NCBI GenBank assembly: GCA_964566875.1
Contig: CAZMJM010000001.1
Coordinates: forward strand, 11,650-57,560
Reading direction: 5' to 3'
Source of the DNA: an uncultured Candidatus Saccharibacteria bacterium
GTDB lineage: Bacteria > Patescibacteriota > Minisyncoccia > Minisyncoccales > JANBVM01
Length of the DNA: 45,911 nucleotides
The position numbers and the translations under genes are program-made. The notes beneath the pieces were generated by a model. The model saw nothing but the letters and a program-made list of their open reading frames with translations. It did not search any database and was not told where the DNA came from. Shown in pieces: positions 16,830-25,456 of the stretch. Every line of letters begins with the position of its first letter. The first letter of the stretch is position 1.

Positions 16830-17755
16830 TAATTTTTCTATACGGACCGGACAACTATCGTTCCGGCCGGAAATTGAAAACCATCATAGAGCGTTATAAA
16901 AAAATCCACAAGAGCGGACTGAATTTGAGGTGGCTGGACTGCCAGAAGAGCGATTTCGGCGACCTGGAAAGGGAGATCAACCAGACGTCCATGTTCCATG
17001 AAAAAAAACTCCTGGTCCTAAACAACCTGTTTTCTGCCAAAGACTTCAAAAGAAAATTTTTGGAGAAGGTGAAAGGCCTTAAAGATTCTCAAGACATCGT
17101 AGTGATTTATGAAAGGGACAAGGTTGCCAAGAAAGACTCCCTCTTTACGTCTCTAAAAAAGCACGCCCAAGCCCAGGAGTTTAATCCCCTCCAGGGTCCT
17201 CAGCTTAAAAGGTGGGTCAGGCAGGAAGCGAAAAATCTGGGAAGCGGCATAGAGGATGATGCCCTGACGCTCCTCAGCGATTTTGTTCAGGACGACCTTT
17301 GGCAGATGGCCAATGAAGTTTCCAAACTTTCCAATTTCAAGAAAAGAGGCGAGGCTATTCAGGGAAAGGACGTGGACCTTTTGGTGAAGCCCAAAATCGA
17401 ACCCGACATCTTCAAAACGATAGACGCCATCGCTTCGCGCGATAAAAAGAGGGCGCTGAGTCTTTTAAAAAATCACTTGGATAAGGGTGACGAGCCCCTC
17501 TACCTCCTGGCGATGATAAACTATCAGTTCCGCAACCTGCTTATAATATCCGATATCGTTTCCCGGGGTCTGTCGCCGTATTCTTCCAGCGGCCTTCATC
17601 CTTTTGTGGTGCGGAAGAGCCTGGCTCTCTGCCGCAAATTTACCGTGCCCGAACTTAAAAAGGTCTACGGGAAGATTTTTCAGGTAGACCTTGATGTGAA
17701 AACGGGAAAAATAGAACCGGAAACTGCCCTGGACCTTTTAATAACCAAGTTTTAA
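16826..17755 (+). CDS. holA: DNA polymerase III delta subunit
   Basis: N-terminus IIFLYGPDNY with a length and helical C-terminal pattern typical of HolA. 4-nt overlap with mutM. Confidence 0.7.
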   Translation: MIIFLYGPDNYRSGRKLKTIIERYKKIHKSGLNLRWLDCQKSDFGDLEREINQTSMFHEKKLLVLNNLFSAKDFKRKFLEKVKGLKDSQDIVVIYERDKVAKKDSLFTSLKKHAQAQEFNPLQGPQLKRWVRQEAKNLGSGIEDDALTLLSDFVQDDLWQMANEVSKLSNFKKRGEAIQGKDVDLLVKPKIEPDIFKTIDAIASRDKKRALSLLKNHLDKGDEPLYLLAMINYQFRNLLIISDIVSRGLSPYSSSGLHPFVVRKSLALCRKFTVPELKKVYGKIFQVDLDVKTGKIEPETALDLLITKF

Positions 17756-18018
17756 TTCTGGCCTTTTTCAACCATTCGAGCCGCTCGCGATTTTCTTCTG
17801 GCAGCGGTATTTTTTTTAATAATACCGGTTTTGGCTAATTTATCCAAAGACTTATAAATCTGCGGAAGCATTTTTTTTGCCTCAACCATTTTTCCTTGAG
17901 AGGCTAATTCCCTGAAGTCCTTCAGGACGTCGTGCAGCTGTTCCTTCTTTTTGACGTTCCTTTTTTTTCTTCTTTTGTTTTGGCGTACGGCCTTTTTGGC
18001 CGCTTTTGTAATAGGCAT
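17752..18018 (-). CDS. rpsT: 30S ribosomal protein S20
   Basis: MPITKAAKKAVRQNKRRKKRN... is a basic helical 88-aa protein typical of bS20. Confidence 0.9.
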   Translation of the reverse strand: MPITKAAKKAVRQNKRRKKRNVKKKEQLHDVLKDFRELASQGKMVEAKKMLPQIYKSLDKLAKTGIIKKNTAARRKSRAARMVEKGQN

Positions 18019-18087
18019 GGTTTAACTAATAATCTTACCTAATCAATATAGCAGATAAACCGCTCATTTTCAAGGAGGGGCCCCGGC

Positions 18088-20064
18088 TCAACCCTCCTTT
18101 TTCTCCAGTTTCCTTATCAGGTCTCTTATCTCTGCCGCTCTTTCAAAATTTAAATCTTTGGCGGCTTTACGCATTTCTTTATTCAGGAGCTTTTTATCCC
18201 TAACCATCCAGAATTCCGTGGAGATTTTTTTCTTTTCTGTTACGAATGGCCACTCTTTAATACTGGTGACGATGGGTTTTGGGGTAATCTGATGTTCGCG
18301 ATTGAAGGTCTCCTGGATATTTCTTCTCCTTTCAATTTCCTCCATAGCCCCTTTTATAGAGCGGGTAATGCTGTCTGCATAAAGGATAACGTGGCCCTCG
18401 GGATGTCGGCTGGCCCTTCCCATAATCTGGATGAGGGTGGTTTTAGACCGCAAAAACCCCTCCTTGTCGGCGTCAAGAATGGCCACCAGGGCTACTTCTG
18501 GCAGGTCCAGCCCTTCCCTTAGAAGGTTGATTCCAACCAGTACGTCGTATTTTCCCTTTCTCAGGTCTTTCAGGATGCCGGGTCTTTCCAGAGTTTTCAC
18601 TTCCGAGTGGAGCCACTGGCACAATAGCCCCTGTTCACTCAAATAATCGGAAAGGGCTTCAGCCAATCTCTTGGTGAGGGTGAGTGCCAGTACTCTTTGG
18701 CCGGCAGACTTTCTCTTTTTGGTTTCGGCGGTCAAATCTTTGACCTGGTTTTCCGTTGGCCTTATCTCGATGGTCGGCTCCAGGAGACCCGTGGGCCTTA
18801 TCAGTTGTTCTACGACGTATTTTTTCCCATCGGTACGGTTTTTCCCCTGAGCTGTTGTTTTTTCCATTTCTTCTTTTCCGGGAGTGGCAGAAACATAGAC
18901 CGCCTGGTTGATGTGGTCTTCGAACTCTGAAAACCTCAAGGGTCTGTTGTCCAGGGCGGAGGGCAATCGGAAGCCGTACCTTATCAAAGCCTCCTTTCTG
19001 ACCTTATCCTGGACGGCCATGGCGCGTATCTGGGGTAGCGTTTGGTGTGATTCATCAATCAGGACGATAAAATCTTCCGGAAAATAATCCATCAGGGTAT
19101 AGGGGGCTTCTCCGGGCTCCCTGAACTCCAGGTGCCTGGAGTAATTTTCAATGCCGCTGCAGAAACCAGCTTCTCTCATCATATCCAGGTCGTAATTGGT
19201 GCGGCTTTCTAACCTCTGCGCTTCCAGCAGCTTATTGTCTTGCCGCAGTACCTTCAGCCGTTCCTGCAGTTCCAATCTGATGTTCTGAAGGGCGATCTCC
19301 ATTTTTTCCTGGGGGGTGGCCCAGAAATGGGCCGGGAATAACCGGAAACTACCGGTTTCCAGACGCGTGAACTCGGGACTGATTCCGGCATCCGCCTGCA
19401 GCAGTTTGTCTATCTTATCCCCGAACATCTCCAGCCTAAGCGTTCTGTCACCGGTGACTAGAAATATTTCCACGGCTTCCCCTCGGACCCGGAAAGTCCC
19501 GGGCTTAAAATCTATTTCATTTCTCTGATACTGGAGAGCGGTCAGCCGGTTCAGCAGAGCCCTCCTCTTAATCCGCTGCCCCTCTTTTACCTGAAGAGAA
19601 ACCTTTTGATACCCCTCAGGGGAACCGATGTTATAGATGCAGGACACCGAAGCCACCACGACGACATCCCTCCTGGTGAGGACGTCCTGGACGGCGGCGT
19701 GTCTCAGTCTGTCTATTTCTTCATTGATGTCAGCGTCCTTTTCTATATAGGTATCGGTCTGCGGGATATAGGCCTCGGGTTGATAATAATCGTAATAAGA
19801 AACAAAATAATGAACCCCGTTTTCAGGGAAAAAGTCCTTGAATTCCTGGAACAACTGAGCACAGAGGGTCTTGTTGGGGCTGATAACCAGAACGGGTTTC
19901 TGCATCTTTTCTATTACCCAGCTCATGGTAGCTGTTTTCCCGGATCCCGTTACCCCCAAAAGCACCTGGTGTTTGGCACCGGCCTTCAGGTTGGCCGCTA
20001 GTTTCTCTATAGCTTGGGGCTGGTCCCCTGTAGGTTGAAACCTTGTCTTAATGGTAAAATCCAT
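18088..20064 (-). CDS. uvrB: Excinuclease ABC subunit B
   Basis: GVTGSGKT Walker A, DESH box, beta-hairpin region, helicase motifs and a C-terminal UVR domain (AAEIRDLI). Confidence 0.97.
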   Translation of the reverse strand: MDFTIKTRFQPTGDQPQAIEKLAANLKAGAKHQVLLGVTGSGKTATMSWVIEKMQKPVLVISPNKTLCAQLFQEFKDFFPENGVHYFVSYYDYYQPEAYIPQTDTYIEKDADINEEIDRLRHAAVQDVLTRRDVVVVASVSCIYNIGSPEGYQKVSLQVKEGQRIKRRALLNRLTALQYQRNEIDFKPGTFRVRGEAVEIFLVTGDRTLRLEMFGDKIDKLLQADAGISPEFTRLETGSFRLFPAHFWATPQEKMEIALQNIRLELQERLKVLRQDNKLLEAQRLESRTNYDLDMMREAGFCSGIENYSRHLEFREPGEAPYTLMDYFPEDFIVLIDESHQTLPQIRAMAVQDKVRKEALIRYGFRLPSALDNRPLRFSEFEDHINQAVYVSATPGKEEMEKTTAQGKNRTDGKKYVVEQLIRPTGLLEPTIEIRPTENQVKDLTAETKKRKSAGQRVLALTLTKRLAEALSDYLSEQGLLCQWLHSEVKTLERPGILKDLRKGKYDVLVGINLLREGLDLPEVALVAILDADKEGFLRSKTTLIQIMGRASRHPEGHVILYADSITRSIKGAMEEIERRRNIQETFNREHQITPKPIVTSIKEWPFVTEKKKISTEFWMVRDKKLLNKEMRKAAKDLNFERAAEIRDLIRKLEKKEG

Positions 20065-20122
20065 GTCTGTTTTTATGTTTATCTTAACGCAGAGCTTTTT
20101 TCAAGGATGCCGCCTGCCGTTA

Positions 20123-20131
20123 TGGTATAAT
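20123..20131 (+). promoter_or_regulatory. Extended -10 promoter element upstream of the Mur ligase gene
   Basis: TGGTATAAT matches TGnTATAAT. AAGGAGG (20144-20150) lies 13 nt before the ATG at 20164. Confidence 0.45.
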
Positions 20132-20163
20132 TAAAGGATGGAAAAGGAGGCATTCGTCCCATC

Positions 20164-21432
20164 ATGATAAAAGAAATAGTCAAAAAGATAATCCCTTCCT
20201 TCGCGTTGGAGTGGTACCATCTGGTATTAGCCTTTTTGGGAGCTTTCTTCTACGGTTTTTCCGCAAAGCGCCTTACCGTTATCGGCGTTACCGGCACCAA
20301 CGGCAAGTCTACCGTTGTGGCGATGACGGCCAGGATATTGGAAGAAGGAGGCCTTTCCACGGCCTTCTTTTCTTCCGCCAGCATCAAGGCGGGAGGAGAA
20401 GAGAAGCCCAATACCCTCAGGATGACCATGCCGGGCCGTTTTGTCCTCCAAAGATTTCTAAGGAGGGCCGCCGACGCCGGCTGTCGCTGTGCCGTCCTGG
20501 AAGTGAGCTCGGAGGGCATTAAGCAGTCCCGCCATAGGTTTATAGATTTCGAGGAAGCGGTTTTCACGAACCTGTCTCCGGAGCACATAGAGTCTCACGG
20601 TTCCTTTGAAAATTATCGCAAAGCCAAAGGGAAACTTTTTAAGGCGGCGAGGAAGGTCCACATACTCAATCTCGACGACGAGAACACAGAATATTTCTTG
20701 TCTTTCCCGGCCGAAAAAAAGTACGGCTATACTATGGAAGGAAATAATTCTGCCTCGCCGGGCATGATAACGGTGGAGGCGGAGAATCCCACAGCCGCCG
20801 GGGAGGGAATAAGTTTTAGAATAAATGATATCCCGTTTTCCATTCCCATGCTGGGGGATTTTAATATATCCAATGCCTTAGCGGCGGTTTGCGTCGGCCT
20901 TTCCCAGGGGGTCAGTCTGGAAAATTGCCGGAAGGCCCTATCGGACATGAGGGGGGTGCCGGGCAGGATGGAACTGGTGGTTAAGAGTCCATTCAAAGTA
21001 GTGGTGGATTATGCCTTTACCCCTAATGCTTTAGAGAAGGTTTATCGGGCCATTAAAGGCAATTTTCATCCGGGCAAGATGATTTGCGTTTTGGGGGCGG
21101 CCGGCGGGGGAAGGGATAAATGGAAAAGACCGGTGTTGGGGAAGATAGCGCGGGAACACTGCGATTCTATCATCGTTACCAATGAGGACCCCTATAATGA
21201 AGACCCGGAAGAGATTATCGGCCAGGTAATAAAAGGAGCTGGCGCTGAGGCGGTGAAAGTGCTGGATAGAAGGGCAGCCGTCGGGCGGGCGCTTGGGGAG
21301 GCTGTCCCCGGCGATGCCGTAGTAATTACCGGCAAGGGCGCCGAGCCCTGCATCATACAAGGCGGGAAAAGAATACCCTGGGACGACAGGAAGGCAGTGA
21401 GGGAAGAATTTGCCAAACTTAACCGGAGTTAA
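20164..21432 (+). CDS. MurE/MurF-like Mur ligase lacking the canonical N-terminal domain
   Basis: GVTGTNGKST P-loop, FTNLSPEHIESHGSFENYRKAK, TNEDPYNEDPEEI and ITGKGAE...PWDDR motifs. Only about 35 hydrophobic residues precede the P-loop. Confidence 0.75.
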   Translation: MIKEIVKKIIPSFALEWYHLVLAFLGAFFYGFSAKRLTVIGVTGTNGKSTVVAMTARILEEGGLSTAFFSSASIKAGGEEKPNTLRMTMPGRFVLQRFLRRAADAGCRCAVLEVSSEGIKQSRHRFIDFEEAVFTNLSPEHIESHGSFENYRKAKGKLFKAARKVHILNLDDENTEYFLSFPAEKKYGYTMEGNNSASPGMITVEAENPTAAGEGISFRINDIPFSIPMLGDFNISNALAAVCVGLSQGVSLENCRKALSDMRGVPGRMELVVKSPFKVVVDYAFTPNALEKVYRAIKGNFHPGKMICVLGAAGGGRDKWKRPVLGKIAREHCDSIIVTNEDPYNEDPEEIIGQVIKGAGAEAVKVLDRRAAVGRALGEAVPGDAVVITGKGAEPCIIQGGKRIPWDDRKAVREEFAKLNRS

Positions 21433-21436
21433 TCTC

Positions 21437-21847
21437 ATGGAAAAGTATGTTTTTCTGGACCATCCGGCCGACCTGAAAATAAAGTCTTTCGGTAAGACCA
21501 GACAAGAGCTTTTTCTTAATATGCTTTTGGGGGTGTCCGATTTTCAGCGAGCTGAGGGCGAGCCGGGAAAAAATTACATAGAGAGGAAGATAGAGGTGAG
21601 CTCGGCGGATGCCAAGTCCCTGTTGGTGGATTTCCTTAATGAATGTCTCTATCTCAGCTCCGTTAACCGGGAGGTTTATGGTTCGGCGGATTTTAAGAAA
21701 TTTACCGCCATCCGGCTCAGGGGAAGATTGAATGGTAAGAAGGCGGATGGGTTCGGCCGGGAGATCAAGGCTGCTACCTATCACGACCTAAGCGTCAGGC
21801 GCAGAGAAAATGGGCTCTGGGAGGCCGTTGTACTATTTGATGTCTAA
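21437..21847 (+). CDS. Archease (RtcB activator/chaperone)
   Basis: MEKYVFLDHPADLKIKSFGKTRQELF... is an archease-type N-terminus, with C-terminal KAATYHDL. I prefer the ATG at 21437 (4 nt after the Mur ligase stop) over the track start at 21410. Confidence 0.8.
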   Translation: MEKYVFLDHPADLKIKSFGKTRQELFLNMLLGVSDFQRAEGEPGKNYIERKIEVSSADAKSLLVDFLNECLYLSSVNREVYGSADFKKFTAIRLRGRLNGKKADGFGREIKAATYHDLSVRRRENGLWEAVVLFDV

Positions 21848-21873
21848 TCAAAGTTTTTAAAGGATAATAAAGA

Positions 21874-23319
21874 ATGATTTCAAAACAAAGCCTGCGAAAA
21901 ATATCCGACTGGGTTTGGGAAATTCCCAAGAGTTTTAGGGGTGACATGAGGGTGCCGGCCAGGATATATATGGGCGGCGGATTGATGGAGGAGGTCTTCC
22001 GCGACAGGTCGCTGGCCCAGTTGGTGAATATCACCTCTCTGCCAGGCATTGTAAGGCACGGCCTGGCCATGCCGGATATGCATGAGGGTTACGGCTTTCC
22101 CATCGGAGGGGTGGCGGCGGTCGAGATGAGTGAAGGAGTAATATCTCCGGGAGGCGTGGGATATGATATAAACTGCGGCATGAGGCTCTTAAAGTCAGAC
22201 CATAAGGTGGAGGACCTGGAAAGCCGCCTCAACGACCTGGCTGCAGAAATCCAGTCCGAGGTTCCCTCGGGGCTGGGAAGGGGCAGGTCGAAAAAGCTTG
22301 ACTTGAGTTTCATGGATAAGGTGTTAAAAGGGGGAGCCGTCTATCTGGTGGAACAGGGTTTTGGAACCCCGGAAGACCTCGTCAACTGTGAAGAGGGAGG
22401 TGGTTTCCAGAATGCCGCTGACCCGTCTGCCGTTTCCGCCAGAGCTAAAAACAGAGGTCGTGACCAGGTAGGGACTCTGGGATCGGGAAACCATTTTTGT
22501 GAAATTCAGAAAGTGGAGGAGATTTTCGATGACGAGAAGGCGGCCGTTTTCGGCCTCTTTCCGGGACAGGTGGTGGTGATGATACATACGGGTTCACGGG
22601 GTTTGGGACACCAGATCGCCACCGACTTTATCCGGGTCATGACGGGGGTTATGGCCAAATACCAGATTACCGTTCCCGACCGCGAGCTGGTCTGCTGCCC
22701 CCTGGACTCTCAAGAAGGGCGAGAGTATCTCTCCGCCATGTCCTGCGGCGCCAATTATGCCTGGGCCAACAGACAGATGATAACCCATCACGTCAGAAGG
22801 GCCTGGACAAAGATTTTAGGAGAGGGAGAAGAGCTCAAAAGCCTCTACGACGTTGCCCATAACATTGCCAAGATTGAAAGGCATAGAGTGGCGGGGATAG
22901 AGAAAAAAGTCTGCGTCCACCGGAAAGGGGCCACCAGGGCTTTTCCGCCCGGCCATATGGACATTCCAAAACATTACCGCCCGGTAGGCCAACCGATCCT
23001 GATTCCGGGCTCCATGGGCACCGCCTCCTATGTATTGGCCGGGACCGAGGAGGGAGCGGAAAGCTTCTGGTCCACCTGCCATGGCGCCGGAAGAATCATG
23101 TCGCGGCGGGAAGCCAGGAGGAGGGTTTCTGGACAAGAAGTTATAAAAAGGTTAGAACAAAAGGGGGTAATCATAAAATGCCACAGCCTAAGCGGCATTG
23201 CCGAAGAGGCTCCCATGGCCTATAAGAATATCGACGAGGTGATAGAGATAGTCAGCGAGTCCGGTCTTTCCAGAAAGGTGGCTCGCTTGAAACCTTTAGC
23301 CGTTGTAAAGGGAGAATAA
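21874..23319 (+). CDS. rtcB: RNA 3'-phosphate/2',3'-cyclic-phosphate splicing ligase RtcB
   Basis: GYDINCGMR, GSGNHFCEIQ, HTGSRGLGHQ and CHGAGR metal/GMP-histidine motifs. Confidence 0.95.
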   Translation: MISKQSLRKISDWVWEIPKSFRGDMRVPARIYMGGGLMEEVFRDRSLAQLVNITSLPGIVRHGLAMPDMHEGYGFPIGGVAAVEMSEGVISPGGVGYDINCGMRLLKSDHKVEDLESRLNDLAAEIQSEVPSGLGRGRSKKLDLSFMDKVLKGGAVYLVEQGFGTPEDLVNCEEGGGFQNAADPSAVSARAKNRGRDQVGTLGSGNHFCEIQKVEEIFDDEKAAVFGLFPGQVVVMIHTGSRGLGHQIATDFIRVMTGVMAKYQITVPDRELVCCPLDSQEGREYLSAMSCGANYAWANRQMITHHVRRAWTKILGEGEELKSLYDVAHNIAKIERHRVAGIEKKVCVHRKGATRAFPPGHMDIPKHYRPVGQPILIPGSMGTASYVLAGTEEGAESFWSTCHGAGRIMSRREARRRVSGQEVIKRLEQKGVIIKCHSLSGIAEEAPMAYKNIDEVIEIVSESGLSRKVARLKPLAVVKGE

Positions 23320-23380
23320 CCCACGAATCTTAGCAAAGAAAGCGCCGCTGTTCCGCTATTTAGCCCCTCTTTTTTATTTT

Positions 23381-23551
23381 ATGAAGAAGAAAAGATTAAA
23401 CAGAAGTTTAAGAAAACACATCCGCCGGGAGAAAGCCCGTATCAGGCGGGATGTTTTAAAAAAGGAAGAGCAGGAAAAGCTCATAGAAGGATTATATAAA
23501 AAGTTTCATCAAGTCCATGAAAATAAAGGAAATATACAAGCTGGCGATTGA
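23381..23551 (+). CDS. Possible small basic protein, 56 aa (MKKKRLNRSLRKHIRREKARIRRDVLKKEEQEKLIEGLYKKFHQVHENKGNIQAGD*)
   Basis: Manual translation of an otherwise empty 197-nt gap. It overlaps the next gene by 35 nt. No promoter or family recognised. Confidence 0.25.
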   Translation: MKKKRLNRSLRKHIRREKARIRRDVLKKEEQEKLIEGLYKKFHQVHENKGNIQAGD

Positions 23552-24464
23552 CAAAGCCATAGAGAGCGATTTCAGGGGACGCAAGGAGGTGCAGAGGATT
23601 CTGGATAGGAAAAAGGAAAGCTTCGAGAAGATGCCAGAGGCCAGGAAAAAATTGTTTGACAGAGAGGCTCTGGAAAACCCCTACCTCGACTCCAGGATTT
23701 TAAATATTGCCGAGGACAAGGAAATCAAGAAGGTTTTGGTTGGCATAGACATAGATACCGCCGAAATCCTTTTGGGGAAAGAAATCAAGGGGATAGACCT
23801 GATTATTTCGCACCATCCCCTGGGAAAAGCCTTGGCCAGCCTTCATGAGGTAATGGAGTTGCAGTGCGATGTGCTTCACCAGTACGGCGTGCCCATTAAC
23901 GTGGCCGAGGGCCTGATGCGCGAGAGGATATCCGAGGTAGCCAGAGGGGTTAATAGGCTCAATCACCAAAGAGCCGTTGATGCAGCCAATCTGGTCGGGC
24001 TGAACCTGATGTGTCTCCATACGGCCTGTGATAATCTGGCCGCTGGTTTTCTGAAAAAGCAGGTTGACCAAAAGAAAGGTTTAATGAGGCTTAAGGACCT
24101 GGTTCACCTTCTGGAGGGTATACCGGAATATCAGAAAGCCGCGGAGCTTGGAGCGGGCCCAAAGATTTTTGTAGGAAAGAAAGAAAACAGATGCGGCAGG
24201 ATAGCCATTACCGAGATAACCGGGGGAACCGAGGGCTCTCCTAAGCTTTACGAGAAAATGGCCATCGCCGGTATCGGTACCGTGGTGGGTATGCATATTT
24301 CCGAGGAGCACAAAAAGGAAGCAGAGGCCGCCAATATCAATGTGGTGATAGCCGGCCACATGAGTTCCGATTCTCTGGGGGTTAATCTTTTTTTAGACGA
24401 GCTGGAAAAAAGAAACATCGAAATTGTCCCGTGTTCTGGGCTGATAAGGGTTAGGAGGGGATAA
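23517..24464 (+). CDS. NIF3-like (dinuclear metal centre) family protein, divergent
   Basis: MKIKEIY start, DLIISHHPL motif and C-terminal VVIAGHMSSDSLG resemble NIF3/YbgI motifs. The assignment is tentative. Confidence 0.45.
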   Translation: MKIKEIYKLAIDKAIESDFRGRKEVQRILDRKKESFEKMPEARKKLFDREALENPYLDSRILNIAEDKEIKKVLVGIDIDTAEILLGKEIKGIDLIISHHPLGKALASLHEVMELQCDVLHQYGVPINVAEGLMRERISEVARGVNRLNHQRAVDAANLVGLNLMCLHTACDNLAAGFLKKQVDQKKGLMRLKDLVHLLEGIPEYQKAAELGAGPKIFVGKKENRCGRIAITEITGGTEGSPKLYEKMAIAGIGTVVGMHISEEHKKEAEAANINVVIAGHMSSDSLGVNLFLDELEKRNIEIVPCSGLIRVRRG

Positions 24465-24555
24465 AGATAAATCCCCCAGGATAAACAGGCAGCTGCTTAT
24501 TTAGCGGCGCAAACTGTTCCTTTTCTCCCTGCAGGACGGGGATGAACGGCGGAAT

Positions 24556-25449
24556 ATGACAGAGCAATCAAACAACCATCAGGTAGAAGCAGACGAAGAA
24601 CTCTCTTTTCTGAGGCCTTTTTGGAAGATACTGGCCATTGAGGTTTTTCTGTTCTCCCTTACTCTGTTAGTGGGGATTTTAACTGCTTTTAAAATAAATA
24701 ATACCCTGGAGGAACAAAACGTAAGTATTCCGGAGATATCTTTTTGGAATTTCATACTCCAATTCCTCTTGACCACCCTTTTTGTACTCCTGATTATTCA
24801 ATTAGTGAAATTCAGAAGGAGGAAAGGCTTGATTTTCAAGCTGATTTTTGTGGCAGCCATTTTTCTAGGTGGAATTTCCATGTTGAGCGTTTGGCTTCCC
24901 TATCTTCCAGCCCTTCTCCTGATAACGGTTTTTTTGGCCTGGTGGTGGCTGCGGCCTTCCATTTTTATCCAGGACCTGTGCATAGTGTTGGGGATTTCCG
25001 GAGCAGGAAGTTTCCTCGGGTTGGCTTTTCGGCCGGAAATAGTCATAGCCCTCTTGGCGGTTTTTTCCGTATATGACATCGTGGCTGTCTATAAAACCAA
25101 GCACATGGTGGAGATGGCCAAAGAAATGATAGAGAGCAGGGCGATTTTAGGACTGATAATTCCCAGAAGCGTTCTGGGCTTTGGGGAAGGCCTGGGAAGA
25201 TTGAAGCCTGGGGGAAAATTTCTCATCCTGGGGGGAGGAGACATAGTCTTTCCCCTATTTCTCTGCTGTTCACTGATTCCTCCATACGGAATAACAAAAT
25301 CCCTCCTGGCCGCTGCCTTTTCGGTTCTCGGGCTTCTGGCTAGTTTTTACCTATTTGCTTTCCAGAAAAAGAGAAGTCCCATACCCGCCCTGCCGCCTAT
25401 CGCCTTTTTCTCTATCGTCGGGTATTTGGTGGTTAGATTCATCGTCTAA
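24556..25449 (+). CDS. Presenilin/signal-peptide-peptidase-type intramembrane aspartyl protease homologue (A22, GxGD)
   Basis: Polytopic membrane protein carrying all three family signatures in order: YD (SVYDIVAVYKTKHM), GxGD (LILGGGDIVFP) and PAL (PIPALPPIAF). Confidence 0.7.
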   Translation: MTEQSNNHQVEADEELSFLRPFWKILAIEVFLFSLTLLVGILTAFKINNTLEEQNVSIPEISFWNFILQFLLTTLFVLLIIQLVKFRRRKGLIFKLIFVAAIFLGGISMLSVWLPYLPALLLITVFLAWWWLRPSIFIQDLCIVLGISGAGSFLGLAFRPEIVIALLAVFSVYDIVAVYKTKHMVEMAKEMIESRAILGLIIPRSVLGFGEGLGRLKPGGKFLILGGGDIVFPLFLCCSLIPPYGITKSLLAAAFSVLGLLASFYLFAFQKKRSPIPALPPIAFFSIVGYLVVRFIV

Positions 25450-25456
25450 TTTTTTC

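Noticed and set aside
21410-21436. Track start of the archease ORF at 21410, and likewise 32845 for the second dehydratase-like subunit
   Set aside because: Both extensions overlap the upstream gene by 23-68 nt and add non-homologous residues. Internal ATGs at 21437 and 32917 give canonical N-termini and 4-nt gaps.
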